From Euglena gracilis (Eukaryota), in assembly GCA_039621445.1 (NCBI GenBank), contig CP154954.1, positions 10,621,521 to 10,685,520 of the forward strand: DNA of 64,000 nucleotides. The letters run 5' to 3'. Below are positions 35,880 through 49,697 of this stretch, one piece after another; position 1 is the stretch's first letter, and each line of letters opens with the position of its first letter. The position numbers were made by a program, and so were the translations under genes. The notes under the pieces were generated by a model. The model made no database searches. It was not told where the DNA came from and was given only the letters and a program-made list of their open reading frames with translations.

Positions 35880-38800
35880 GGGACCCCGCTTCCGACGTAC
35901 AGGTCCGCCAGTACGTGGCTGTGCCGCTGCAGTAGGGTCTTGTTGGAGAGGACAATGGTGGGGCCCCGCTGCGGGGATCCCGGCGGCTTTGAATAAGAAG
36001 TCCTGCCAATGTTCTGGGAAGGCGCTGCTCACGCGTTCAGGGGTGCAGTCGGGACCAGTTTTTTTCTTTTATCCAACAATGCCAATCTTCGCTTTTGGGG
36101 GGGACGTTCTTTTGGGGGATCACTGTTGTTGAGATTAGCATTAGCTGGCCCGCCCCAAAAGAATTTCTGCCTTCAAACCCCCCCTGCAGGGGCACTGTCG
36201 GCACTGTGGGGGCACTGTGGGGGCACTGCAGTGCACTGCACTGCACTGCACCATTCTCATCCGCAGGCTCCCGCGAGGCCCCAGATGTGGTCCATCCGGT
36301 CCGCGAAGGTGAACGCCGCCTGCTGGGCGGTGCTGGAGCCGCCCCACGCACTCTCCGCCGCCGCCCGGCAGGGCCTCCGCCATTGAGGCGAGCCCCGAGA
36401 AACGGGGCAGCGTTCCGCTCCGGCATCTCCGTTTCTGAGTTGCTGAAAACGGAGGTGTTTATTTTGAACTCCTCCGGCTTCGATCCGTTATCCCCCCCGA
36501 CCTTTGACACGCCACAGTACGGGGAAAGTGCAGTTGACACGGGGAGCTGTCATGGACCAGCCATGTCAAGGACAGCTCCCCCCCCCAGGAAGTTGTCGCT
36601 TGACAGTCAGCCAGTGCAAGCAGGTGATATTACCAGGTGATGACTTCCAGGGGGCCTGTGGTGGACTTTCCACCGTGAGAAGGCAGGTGGTTTGGGCTTG
36701 AGGTGGCAACTTCCAGGGTAGTTGGCAAACTTGTAGGGTGAATGTCTTAAAGAAACCTGCGAAAAAAATCAGCAATCATTCAGGCATTCTTGGATCATTG
36801 TCCATACAAACTTATCCAGTCACATTTGGAACATGGGGATTTAATTTCCGACCCCATTCGATGCCCAGATGGCCCTTGTCCCACCATTAAAACATAGAAT
36901 TTAAAAAAAACCTTAAAACAACGGAAAACCCTGCCTCAAAAACCTTCATTTTTGGGGGAAAAATTGCCTTGAAAATAATATCTCTTACAACTTCTACCAC
37001 TTTGCGCAAAAAAAATGGGTATGAATGCATTGGACCAGTCCCCCAACCTCATCAGGGTGTCAGTTTCGGAAGTTGCCAGCTGTCAGGTGACAGTTTCCTG
37101 GGGGGGGGGGTGCCGGGGGGGGGGGGCAGGGGTACCCTGCCGGAGGTGGGGTTTTCTATATTTGGCGCTTCGCCAAACACAGGGGAAGAACACAAGTTTT
37201 TGGACCCCGAATTGACCCCAAAAATTGGTTCCCTTCGACTCCCTCCCCCAGGGGGGTGGGTGGGTGGGTGGGTGGGTGGGTGGGTGGGTGGGTGGGTCCA
37301 ACGAGCTTTATGGGCTTAAAACTCACAATCCTGCATAATCCCACAAAATCCCGCATAAATTTCATGGTCAAAGGCGCTTCATCAGCACCACCAATGTGCT
37401 TTTCTGTTGTAATTTCAGATTTCTTTCCACGGTGAATTTCTTCTTTTTTCATTTTTTTCCTGACCCAAAGCCCAATTTTTTGTGATTTCTCCAATTTTTC
37501 ATTTTTCTGTTGGATTATCTTCTTTGTTTGTTTGGCTCACCGTAGTGCAGAGGACGGGGTTATTATTTGGTATTTGTCAAATGCATACAATTTACCTCGA
37601 AAATGCTTGCATTTGACCCCAAAGAGATATCTACACGTTTCGAAACGCAATGCGCCCTAATGTTTGCATTTTCCGATATTTTGTTTTCGTTTGGATCTGC
37701 CAATTTACACTGTTGTCCTTTTTTATCAGAAGGGATGGCATCAAGGTTATCAGGGAGAGGCCCAACCAGATTCACCAATTGCCCATGCTCCCATCCTACC
37801 TCAGGTCGAGAAAATTCTGGGACGGAAGCAGTTGTGTAAAAGTGTAATAAAAAAAACAATATATGCGCACAAAAATATCCAAAATTGAAGGAAAAAAACC
37901 TTTTGATACCCTGCCTTTTTTCAACCTCTTTTTGGAAATTGACCTTTTTTTTGGAAATCCAGCCTCTATTTTCCCTGTGATCTGCCAGCAGACACAATGG
38001 GAAACAACTTTCTGCTTCCAAAGAGACGCCCTGGGAACCAGACCGTCCACGGCCTCGACCTCCGGCGGCGCATCAACCCCCTCCGCCTCCAAGCTCTGCA
38101 TGCGGCTGAACTCCCGCTGGAGCTGCCTGAGCCAGGGGAGGACCCGGACAGGGCAATGCCAACGCCGCGCGAGGCACACCCTGCACGACACCGTGCACAT
38201 CGTGTGGCGCACGGCACGGTTTCGCTGAAATTACCCACCCCCCCCCGTGTCGTGCGACCGGGTTCCTGCAACCTGCGACCGGGGGGTGGTCGTAAATGAG
38301 GGGTGGTCGTACGACAAGGGGGGGGGGGGGGCGGGTACCTAAAAAAAAGCAATTCTCAGTTTCGGTCTGAATGAAAAAAATATTGCTTGCATTGCTTCTG
38401 AATTTTTCGAAAACTTTGGACACAAAAGACACATCATGAAGGAAAAAATCAGCAGAAGCATTTTGAACACAAAACCATTTCGTCCAGCCGCAATGTATTG
38501 AACCAATATTGCTCATTTATGTCACATCCGGCGCCACTGTTACCCACCCCCCGAACAATGGCCCCATGGGTAATTATTCAAACACGCAATTAAAAACTCG
38601 GGCAGGGGATGTTATTTGGGGGGGCTGTTTTTTGGGGGGGGAGGGCTGTTATTCAGAGTTTTGTGTCAGAAAATTGGCTCCCAACAGAACTCAAAACCCC
38701 ATTTCCCAAAAAAAATACCTTTCAGGGCCCTCTTGTCAAGATGAATGTCGCGGTTGTGCAAAAAAAAAAACAACAAAAGATTTCAGAAAATATTGCTTTT

Positions 38801-40092
38801 CCCCTGTGACAAGCTCTGGAATATATTTTTAGTGACTCCCCAAGGGGTGGGCATTTTTCCCCTGGCCCAAACCCCCACCCACTATTTTTGAAAACCCACC
38901 CATCCACGACCCCCCCCCGCCGTTGAGTGATCAACAAATAATTTGGGAATCACTTAAGAAGTGCACCTGCAGCCCAACGTTGATTGGTTTTCCCTAAACT
39001 GAACAGAACCTTCCATTTTGTGTTGTATGTGCGTACACACAGGAAATAAGCCATCACATGCGACATTTGCACGCACAAGCATCAATAAATAAAGAACTGT
39101 AAAAAAATCAGTCAACAACAACAGCTCAAAGAAACTTGGACAGATCCCGGGGAAACCCGGGAACACTTCGGCCTGGCGCAACCCCTCAGGGGGATCCGTC
39201 CGCCCCTGCCCGAGCCTCCGGCAGCTCCCAGTGCTCCGCCAGCAGGCCCACGGCGGCCCGCACGAGGTGGGTGCACGCCTGCATGTGGGCGGCATGGGTG
39301 CGGCGGCCGGTGGAGGACAGCCCCCGCGGGGGGCCGGGGCGGTGCGGGAAGGCCTGGCGGGGGGGGGGGGGGGGGCGGTCCGACCCCCCACCACCGATAG
39401 GGCTGCATGGATTCCCGGACAGCCCTGCGTGTGGCTAAGGGCCGAGCCCAGGCCGGTGCTTCAGACCACCATCAAGGGTGAGGGCTTCGGGCTGGCATTC
39501 TCAGTACCAGGGGCCCTCCCGACCCCCTGTCCATGGCACAGAAATGCGCCACGAACGGGCCAATAGCACATGAGTGTGCCACCGGTACAAATGCACAATA
39601 AAATAATATGGAGGGAGACAGATTGGGAATAATAATAATAATTAATATGAATAAGAATAAGAGAAGAAATAAAAAAGAAGAAAAAGAAGAAGAAGAAGAG
39701 AAGTGAGAAAAAGAAGAAGAAGAAGAAGAAGAAGAAGAAGAAGAAGAAGAAGAAGAAGAAGAAGAAGAAGATGAAGAAGAATAAGAAGATGAAGAAGAAG
39801 AAGAAGAATAAGTTGAAGAAGAAGAAGAAGAAGATGAAGAATAATAATAAGAAGAAGAAGATGAATAAGAAGAATAATAAGAATGAAGTAGAATAATAAG
39901 AAGAAGAAGAATAATAAGAAGAATAAGAAATAATAAAGAAGAATAATATAAGTAATAGGAAATAAGAAATAATAATAATATCACAACAACAAACAACAAC
40001 AACACCACAACAAGAAAACAAACAAACAACAACACAACAACAACAATAATAACATATATATAGTTAATAATGGCACATATATATGTTTAATA

Positions 40093-40155
<63 letters not shown>

Positions 40156-43100
40156 ATCAACGTTGTTTGAATGAGTCGGTGGAGTCTCGATGGGTAGCAG
40201 GTGGCAGGACGTTTTTCTGCGGAACACCCATTTTTGAAAAGGAAGGAAGCCTGCCGGGAGTTCCGCTGGGCCGCTTTTGGACCGGTGGGAGCGTCCTTCA
40301 GCAAGGACCTGGGTTGGATGGCCGCCACGAGGTCTCCCTTCAGCTGCAGGAGGGACTCGCTGAGGGCGGTGGCGGAGCTGCAGGGGGGCGCCAGGCCGCT
40401 GAGGACTCTCGCGTAACAAGTTGGATTTTCACGTCATCTCTAAGGCCACTTGTTCTCACAGAAGCCCAAACCAAAGCATGATTTTTCGCACTTCCGCCAA
40501 CCTGTCCTGCTCTGCGCCAAGTCCGTTCGAGCCCCCCAGCCCCCCCCTGCCCCCTTGTCAGGGCCCCTGGCTGGAAGTGGCCCGACTGAGGGTCAACCAA
40601 TGTACCCAAAAAATCGACGTGTCAAAAATGAACAAAAGAACTTCGACGTGTGCAAAATATGGATTTTACGACCCCAAATTTGCCCAGGCCATCCTTATAG
40701 ACCTGTTTTCGCTCATTTTTTTTCATTTTTTTTTTGCACACCCAGAAGGGGAAAAAAAAAACTGCTGCAGCCCAGCCAACCTTCGGGTGACTGAAAAACA
40801 AATTTAAACTTGTCGATGGGGGGAGCGGGTCCGCAGCTGGAAAAGAGCTGCTGGCTGTGAATGGGGTCCACTTTGATTTATGCGACACCATGCCCCCCAC
40901 CCACCACAATGCTTTGCCCCCCAATCTGAAATTTACTATAGAGGAGTTTCCAAAACCCGTCAGACAGAAAAAAAACCCAAATCCAGTCAGCTAACTCCCC
41001 CCCCCCTTGTACTTGACACGCCAAAATACGGGGAAAGTGCGGTTGACAAGGGGGATGTCATGGATACGCCGTGTCATGTGCACTGTACCCCGTGTGTCAT
41101 AGACCAGCCGTGCAAAGACAAAGTGGGGGAAGGTACCCCATGGATACACGAAAGGGGGGAATGGGCAGAAGCACTTGTGTTCCCTGTGCCAATACTCCCT
41201 TTACACCGCTGCTGTAGCCGTGCCGGTCGCAGCCGCAGCCGTGCCAAAAAAACAGTAGCACGGTAGTAGTACTACCGTGCTACTCATGATGCACGGTAGG
41301 CATCATGAGCATCTACCGTGCTCATGATGCTGCCGTATCATGAGCCCGGCAGTGATACTACCGTGCTCACTCGTACGGTAGTGAGCACGGTGGTATCGTG
41401 CTCACTACCGGAGCACGATAGCGAGCCCGAGCCCGTGCAGCCGGCCTGGGCGGGTTGTACATGCGGGCCTGGAGGCGGGCGAACACGTCGAAGAACGACT
41501 GGGGGGACAGGTCCACGGAGACCGGCGGGACCTTCACCGGCTTGTCGGCCTTGAGCCGCTGGGGGCAGGGGGCTTTCACTGGGAGCTCGGTGGCCGTTGA
41601 AACGAGTAATGGGTCGGACAACGAGGAGCTGGTCACCGTCCCGTTGACCGAGGCAGGGTCACATGGCAGGTACAGAAGCGCATGCTCCGCACCCGGGCGT
41701 ATTGATCCCTCCAGACAAGTCAGCGAGAGTGCAGAAGGACAGCTTCGCAATCGGGTTGGGTCAGGGTGTAAAGAAAAAAGGCCCGCTTTCATTACACACT
41801 GGATCCCTGAGATCAAGATGGGGAAGTTTCTCAAAAAAAAAAGAAAGAAACACCTGGCCGGTGCTCATGGGTCAACAGGACCCACCAGACGACGATGTGG
41901 AGGTGGGCCTGGAACGTCTCGAGGGGGACGGCCTTCACGAGAGGAGGACAAATGACGGTGGCCGCTGGACAGTGCCCAGGAAGGAGGGTGGAACCGGAGC
42001 AGCGCACCAGCGTCGGGGTTTTTTTTTTAAGACCAGGGGGGGTCCCGGAAGACCCACTCACTTTTCTCTGAAAATGGCCAAAAAAGCGAAAATGCCAAAA
42101 ATAGCACTTTTTTAACAATTTTCGGCGCCGAAAAGTGTATCTCCGGGGGGGGGGGGGAGGGCTCGGCCGGACCCACCCACCCTGCCCCCCCCGGGGTCCA
42201 AGGCTAAAAAAAACCCTGGCCAGCGTATTTTAAAGTTCAATCAGTCAACGGCTTCCAGGATTCCTGCGAAGCCTCTCCCAATGGCTGCTGCCTGAATTTG
42301 TGTGATGCTGACAATGGACACTGACCCCGAGGGGTTCAATGATACTGCACAAAACAATCAACACAAAACTACACAAAAAGTTCAAAGCTGCACGAAAATT
42401 GCATTGCAAATTTCATCACTTTCAGGGCCCTTTGAGACTATACACAATTTCTGGAAAAAAATAGCTCCTTCTGATTTTTTGACGGATTTTCCGTATGAAA
42501 ACACTAAACTGGAAGGGGAAAACAAACTGCAAGAGCAATTTGAATCTCATTTCTTAAGAAAAATGCAGATAAAAAAAATATCTCCGGGCTGGGAGGAATC
42601 CTGGCGAGGGATGCCGGGCTCAGGAGGTTCTCCCTGGTGACGACGCTGGTGGTGCAAACTCAGAGGCAAAGGACTAGCATTTTTTTAAAGGCCGGGGGTC
42701 CCCCCCACCCAACCCCTGTGGGGGGGGGGGGGGCCGAGGGGGGGGGGCTCCCGGGAGGCCCGCTCACGTTTCCCTGAAAATGGCCAAAAAACGTAAAAAT
42801 TGCTTAAAAATAGCAACTTTTTAAAGCAATTATATATAAAGCCGGAAAGTACATCCTACCCACCCCCGGGGGGGCTCGGCCGGAGCCATCAACCCTACCC
42901 CCCCCCCGGGGCCTAAGACTAAAAAAAACCCCTGCGCAGTACCAATTGTAAATGCTAGAATTGACCAACCCCGTGGGGTCTCAGACTGCCCACCCGGTCC
43001 ACAAGGGAAATCCGTGGCCCCAAATTTGGCCAAAAAAGCCCTTTTCAGGGCTTCCTGAGCCTGTGGTGCCCGGTGCCCAGGCGCTTTTGGCTGTTGTTTT

Positions 43101-46100
43101 CATTCACAAAACTTGGACTCCCGTGCCTCCCAAAAACCGAAACCTGTCCTCCCACTCCCGTCACAAAACGCTGGATCCCACGTTTGCGTCCCACACCCTT
43201 TTGTGGAAAAGCCTGGTCAGGGCTCGAGGCGTCCGACTTGCTCACACTGATGCGGCGGAGGTGCACGCTGTCCCGGCGCTCTCCACCAATTTCAATGACG
43301 CTGCGCCGGTCGAACGAGCGCCGGTCGGAGGAGCCGCCAGGACCAGGACTGACTGCGGGAATGCCTTTTGTCCCATCTGGCACTGGAATCAAAAGAGGAA
43401 AAAACCCGAGAAACGTTTGAGCAGAAAACAAAGGATGCAGTGCTTGAAAAAGAACTGCTAACACATGCTCAAAATGAAAAATGTATCGCTGAAAAAAGAG
43501 CGGCATAGAGCAGACAGTTTTTAACCAACCCCGGGGGGGTCCGGAGTGCCCTTGAGTGCCTGCCCAGGCAGGCACACCCCCCCCCTCCCCGGCGGGGGTC
43601 GGATTTCAGCCTGTGCCCAGGAACTTTCCTCAGAAAATAGGCCATTTTCCTTGAAAATAGGCCCTTTTTGAGCCTTCCGGCGCCTTTGGCGCCGGAGTGC
43701 CTGCTAGGTACTTTTGGCCAAGCCCTACCAGTCCCCCCGGGGGAGTTGGATTTGGAGTGCCTTGGAGTGCCTGCCCAGCAGGCAACCCCCCCCCCCTAGT
43801 TGCACTAAGGCTTCTTGTCTGTTTATGGCCGGCGCTAACTTCGCTTCTGGCCCAGCTGGCTGTGTGGCCCCCTTAGTGGTACCCCTTACGCCAGTGCTCT
43901 TTTGCTCCGCCTGGCCGGGTGAGCAACTCTGGTGCAATTCCAGCACTGTAAAGCAACCCCCCCCCCCGGGGTGGGGTTGGCACCCAACTAAAATGCAGCC
44001 TGGCATAGAGGCAGTTGGTTGGTTCCTCAAAAAAGCAGGAAAACATTTCAAAATGAGGTTTAAGCTGAACCATTTGGACGGAAGAAACAACGTGATGATC
44101 TGATTGGCGGGTTGAAAAGGCAAACAAAATGAGGGGAAATGATCATCCAGTGTTTTTCAGGGCTGAGTGATGAGTCCTGATCGGCAGAGACGCTGATGCT
44201 CGGGCGGCGGTCAGGGACAGATTCCAACCCAACAGCGGACTGGCGCCGAAGATTTCCGTCCCGGGGGCGATTCGGGGCAGCAGGAGGGGTTATCCACCTC
44301 CGACCAATTCGAGCAAAACAAAAACTCATTTCAAAAATCCTGAGTGCCAAATTTTGATTTGAAAAAGGTTCAAGATTGTCCCTTGCACCAAAAATATAGG
44401 GGGAACTGTCCCCACTTTGACGGTGTACCCGTGAGGAGGGTATTAAAGGAGGGTAAAATAAGTGGGAAAGGAGGGGCCTTGGGCCTCCTCCTCTACAGAA
44501 AACTTTGGTCCGAAATGAAAATAATTTGGGTCAAAAAAACCCTAACGCATTTTCGCGGACGTTTATGAAAAAAAAGGCCTTTCTTCGCCCTTCTTCTGGC
44601 CTGGTGCTGTTTACTTTTTTCGCCCATGTTTTTTTTTTTTGCTTTGCCTCTCGTCCCTTTTGGTTGTGTATGTGGAGATGGCCGGAGCCTGGCGGGACTC
44701 CGGACACCCCCCCCCCAGCCAGATCAAAAGGGGGTGGTCTGAACTGTCTCCCCCCTGGGGGGGGGGGCTGACCCCTTACCCCCCATGCAGGACCAACGCT
44801 CACTCAATATTAAAGAAAATGAAACACAACCACAACACCAATCCACTGGCCAAAGGATGGTTGTGAGGCGCTTGCTTGCCATCATAAGGGGAATAGTTAT
44901 GCCATGAAAAGAAGCCTGTTTTGTCCGCTTTTTCCCCCTTTTGACACAAAGATTTCTGCAGGGTATGTGCACCATCAGCATTTCATCGCCAAATGCTTAT
45001 GGAAACGACTGATGCAAAGAGGAATTTTCACAAAGGTTTCATCGTGAAAATAATGCAAAATATAAAAAAAAGTAAAAAAGAAGCCAAAGCCAACAAAAAA
45101 AATGTGAAACAGAAAAATATATAATTCAAAAGGATCCTTCTTCAAAAGGCAGCTTTTCGATGACAAACAAATGAAAAGATGTGGGACCCTCCACCTGACT
45201 GGTATAGAGCCACTCCAGGTAAGCCTTGACCCAGTGGGCCAATCCCACAGAGGACAAGTGGGTGAGGAGCTCCATCGCCAGGTCTATGATGCAAGCAATG
45301 GGAAACGGAATGCCAGAAGTCTTCCACATACAGCATATGGACTGAAAGACTTCATGCTTTCCATTGGGGTGGAGGTCGGAGGAGAGTTCAAACAACTCTG
45401 CAAGTGTCGATGGTATGAAGACTTATAACTCACCAAAGGTGACATGCTTGGATAACAACCCGGGATGGGGCACCCTGCAGCTTAACAAGCCTTCAGGTGT
45501 AAAATCACGAACTGAATTGGAGGGCGGGTGTGTGCGCCGCAAACCTTGCCGCAGCCCGACCATGAGGCCCGTCAGCCGCTGCAGCAGCTTGCGGTGCACC
45601 TCCCCGCTCTGCGAATTTGCCGCTGTCTCCAACACCAGCTCCAGTGACTTGGGACTGGTGCGGATTTGCTGTGTAGAAGCAGAAGTAGGGGGGGGAGAAA
45701 ATACAAAAAATGATAAGATGCAAAAGAAACAAAACAAAAAAACAAACAAAACAAACAAAACAAAACAAACAAAACAAAACAAAACAAAACCGTTTTGGCC
45801 ATCAAATGCCAAGTATCTCGAAAACGAAGCAAAAAAAAATTAAGCAAAACACCCGGATACCTAAATTGAAACCCTATAGCCCATTGAACGGTTTTTTGAT
45901 TTCGCTAAACTTGCTGCCTGGCCAGAGATATTGCTTATTACTTTTCGGCCATTTTTTTGGCTGAAAAATGAATGTACCAAAAAAATTCTCAAAAATAGGA
46001 CCCGGGCCACTGGCGCCAGGCCGCCAGGCCGGGCCACACCGGTCCCCTGGGCCGCTGGCCGGGCCACCAGACCGACGACTGGGCATGTTGCTTTTGGAAA

Positions 46101-47001
46101 CCAGGAGCAATGATCAAAACCTGGGGAAAGGTCTTGCCTTTTTTTTTGCTTTCTGTGCCTCTGGTAAGCTTCGCTCTCATCCAGTCGATTTCAAAATCCA
46201 ATGCTTTTCCTCAAGCCACTGTTGGAGGCTAGGCGCGCCCCCCGGGGGGGGGGGGTCCGGGACCCCCCCCGCGGCCCCCACACGCCGCCCGCGCGGCCAC
46301 TCGCCCCCTCCTCGACCCCCCCCCTCCCCCACTGTGCCTAGCATGCCAAAGAAAAAAAATTGTGAAAAAAACGCGACTTTTTGAGGCCCAAAAATGGTCA
46401 AAAATGACCACTTTTGGACATAAAATGGCAAATTTGGGGTCGCACGCTGCCCAAAAAGCATTTTTTAGCTCAAAAACGGCCCAAAAATGGCCAAAAATGA
46501 CCACTTTCCGGACCCGAAAATCACCGATTTTAGGACGCGCGTCGCCCGCGCGGCCGCCCTCAACCCCCCTCCCCCCCCCCCCCTGCGGCTGCCCGCGCGG
46601 CCGCTCGCCCCCCTCACCCCCCCCCCCCGCTGTGCCTAACCTCCGTTGACTGAGGCATTGGAAAAGGGGGACTCGCCCTTTTGTTTCCAAACGTCCCTGG
46701 AAATGTTCGGGGCGTTTGTCTTTTGTGACTCATGCTCTCCACCATGGAAACCACCAAAGCTTTTTGTCCACCGCTGGTGTGAGAACATACATCTCTTTGT
46801 GAGGTTTGTGGACCCCCCCCCGGGGGGGGGAGGCTGCAGCTGCTAGGTCTGATTTTGGCCAAGCCCAACCATAGGCACCCCCCAGGTTCAAGACACACGG
46901 ATGCAGAGAAGAAGCAGATACCTGCTGTAGCAGGACAATGGCATCCGAGGATGCGAGACAGGCGAGCACTCGGAGCATCGCCTCGTCCTTGGCCAGGTCT
47001 C
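35880..47001 (-). CDS. Large multi-exon protein of unknown function (helical, with a low-complexity middle); true 5' and 3' ends unresolved
   Basis: Exons: 47001-46922 (DLAKDEAMLRVLACLASSDAIVLLQQ), 45668-45545, 45490-45434, 45397-~45200 (..LAMELLTHLSSVGLAHWVKAYLEWLY), 44275-44183, 43338-43219, ~41943-41864 (LVKAVPLETFQAHLHIVVWWVLL), ~41686-41452, 40386-40315, 39443-39409, 39295-~39210, 38143-~38037, ~36364-36280, ~35965-35880. Several junctions are phase-consistent with paired ends; others are unresolved. Probable further exons at ~47160-47350 and ~34300-35550. Confidence 0.7.
39630..40052. repeat. (GAA/TAA/CAA)n trinucleotide tract followed by (TA)n to ~40155
   Basis: Directly visible; intronic. 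Confidence 0.95.
42014..42218. mobile_element. CAGGGTTTTT-family MITE, 7/8 TSD
   Basis: ACCAGCGT|CGGGG...CCCTG|GCCAGCGT. Another copy at ~42675-42934. Confidence 0.85.
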
Positions 47002-49313
47002 CATGACAGGCAACCATTTAGAATTCTCACAAACAAGGGTTTATCAAACGACGACCCGGGGGGGGGGGGGGGGGCGGGCCGGCTGGAAAAAGGTGCTCGC
47101 TGGAAGAAAGGTTCTGGCTGGACCCCCCCCTTGGCACAATCTTCATGAGTTAAGCACCATCCCATCGAAACTCATCGAAGAGCTCATGTGGAAGCAAATG
47201 CACAAGATACCTTGGGTTGGCTATTCTCCACCTTTTCTTACATTTTTTGAAGAGAACTTCATCGCTTGTATTTTGTTTTTCATCTTTTGGGCTTTGAGTG
47301 CTATTTTGCACAGATACCCCGACAGGAGGCGGGAGACGCCGACTGCTCCACTGCCAAGGTCACAGAGAGGTCAGGGGGCCAGGAGGTCAGGGGCCAGGGG
47401 ACACAGGGGAACTGCCCCCACAAGTGAACACAAACATTTCTTTTGTTGGCAGGACTAACGTTTCTTTTATATAATATATTTGTAAACTTAATGATAATAT
47501 CTATATTTAATATCTATATTATTATATATTTATTAAATATTACAATAACCATTTTCTCCTCACAAGCATTCCACTGGAAGAACAAAAAAATATTTATGGG
47601 TTCTTGGCAACGTAGCTTTCTGATGTTTTAAGTTTTGTTGAAGGTTGATTCCGCATTTGAGATCTGGAGCTCATGTGGGGCAGCTTTATTGCTTGCCAAA
47701 TTTTATTGCCTCAGAAAAAAATTGTCTGGCGAATGTTTGGTCAAAAGCCAAGGTGTGAACTTGTTGGCTTTTTTTTAATTTTGGAGTTAGTAATTGGGAA
47801 TTTGGATTTGGTTTAAGGGAGGGGTCCACTCCTGTCCTTTTCTCTTTTGGCATTTCTTGCTGTTTCAGCAAGTGCCTTTGCTTTTGTTTCCTTTCATTTG
47901 GTGAGGCGAACTTCCACGGAGGGGAGGCGTACGGAGGGGAGTCGTGGGCTCGGTTTTTTTTCTTCAGGGCGGGGGACATTTCTCAATTTTTTTTGTTGCT
48001 TATTTTTTGAAAGTAAGATTCTGTAGACTTTCATGCATTTTATGAAACCTCTCACACGAACAGAAGGGTGGGTTCCCCCGGAAATTCTGCACAAAGTGCC
48101 TCTTTTCTTTGACAGCCCGAAATTCAGCCCGAAATTTCGATGGGAAACCCAAATGCACAGCAGAAAAATCCAATTTTTTGAAATAAGGCCAATGGGAAAC
48201 TCAAATGGTGGAGAGCTTATCCCCGTTGCAGCGGGTGGGGGGTGGTAATTGGCCTGGAGAAAAATTGCATAGAATTGCGGAAATTGCAGGAAAAAATGCT
48301 GAAAAATGCGGAAACTGTGCATTTGGGAATATGTACACTTCTGCTGCAGGGGAATTTGAAAAAGTTAACAAATTTGCCATTCTGTGCGGTTTGAGTTGTT
48401 ACACTCACACATTTTCCAACAAAAAAGTCAAAAAAAAATGCAACAAAAAACCTGATTTTTGTGACTTTGGGAATTTTCTTAATTTTTAGAAATATGGAAT
48501 TTGTTGGCCGAAAAAAAAACACAAAAAAAAAGTCAAGATTTGCAAATTCTGGCAAATTGCAACAACAACAAAGCACCTGTTCTTCCCCTTGTTTGTGAAG
48601 CGTTCAAAAAGTTCCAAAGCCCATTCCCCCTTTCGTTTCAGGTTCATGCGGGAAAATAGCGGAAGGGAAAAAAAACTGAGAAACAAACTGTGAAAAATTT
48701 TTGCAAATTGCGGGAGAATTGGGGGGAAATCGGAAATTGTGGGAAAACCGCAGAAACAATCCCCCTGCGTTGCATACCATTGATCACGGGATTTTACAGA
48801 CCAAGAACAGTGCTTTGGCCAAATTTTTAGGATGGCGCGGGGGCAATACGGCACCTTCGGTGCCGTAGTCCCCGCCTCGGGTTGGAGCAAACACATTAAT
48901 TAATTAAAATTATTGACACATGGGAGGAGATCATCCTGTCAATGTCTTGCCTCACTTGTTCAACCCAAAATTGACCAAGAAGTCTTGCCGACCATCTTGC
49001 CCTTTGGGCAGCAAACTATCGTCCAACACGTAGAGAAAAAATTCATTCTTCACACATGTCACGCCGATGAATTCTCAGTCTCGCCCCCCCCTCTCAAGAA
49101 TCCATCAAAAACAAGTGAATGTCTGCTCCATGAGCGTTGGCCACTTGCTGGTATAACGTAGCCAATGCCCCTGATCAAAATGATCAAACGAGGAAAAGAA
49201 CACACGCACGCACGCACGCACGCACGCACACATGCATGCGCGCTCACACATCCGCGTGCACACACATGTGCGCTCACACATCCGCGTGCACACACATGTG
49301 CGCGCGTGTGTAC

Positions 49314-49697
49314 CAGGCTTTTGCTTAAGGCTTTTTCTTGCCCGGGGGGTACTGGCTGGACACTGGAAAAAATGGACTAGCTAGACCCCCCTCCGTCGTT
49401 GGGGGGTCTGGGGGTCCCCCCAACTGTAAAAAAAATTCCCTTCGGCGCTGTGCGCCGAGGTGAAAATGAGGTTTTTAATGTTTTTTGGATGATTTTGTTC
49501 CAAAAATTCCCAAAAATGGCCAAAAACGGGCATTTTTGGCAATTTTCCGGCGCTTCGCACCGGTCACTGGAAAAAAAGTTCCACTAGTTAGCGCTGCCAG
49601 CAGACAGGTCTGCTAGAAATCCCACCAGCCAAATCAGGACTAGCTGCAGTCCAGCCCCCCCCCGGGGGGGTACTGCAATCCCTGAAGCAAAAGCCTG
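49314..49697. mobile_element. hAT-like MITE (CAGGCTTTTGCTT TIR) with perfect 8-bp TSD GTGTGTAC
   Basis: TSD at 49306-49313 and 49698-49705. Confidence 0.92.

Noticed and set aside
39461-40035. Poly-Phe/poly-Ser ORFs
   Set aside because: (GAA)n microsatellite inside an intron.
40812-40854. Additional exon of the large gene
   Set aside because: Flanking exons 41452 and 40386 join directly with a better stem and correct phase; the same applies to 43830-43940.
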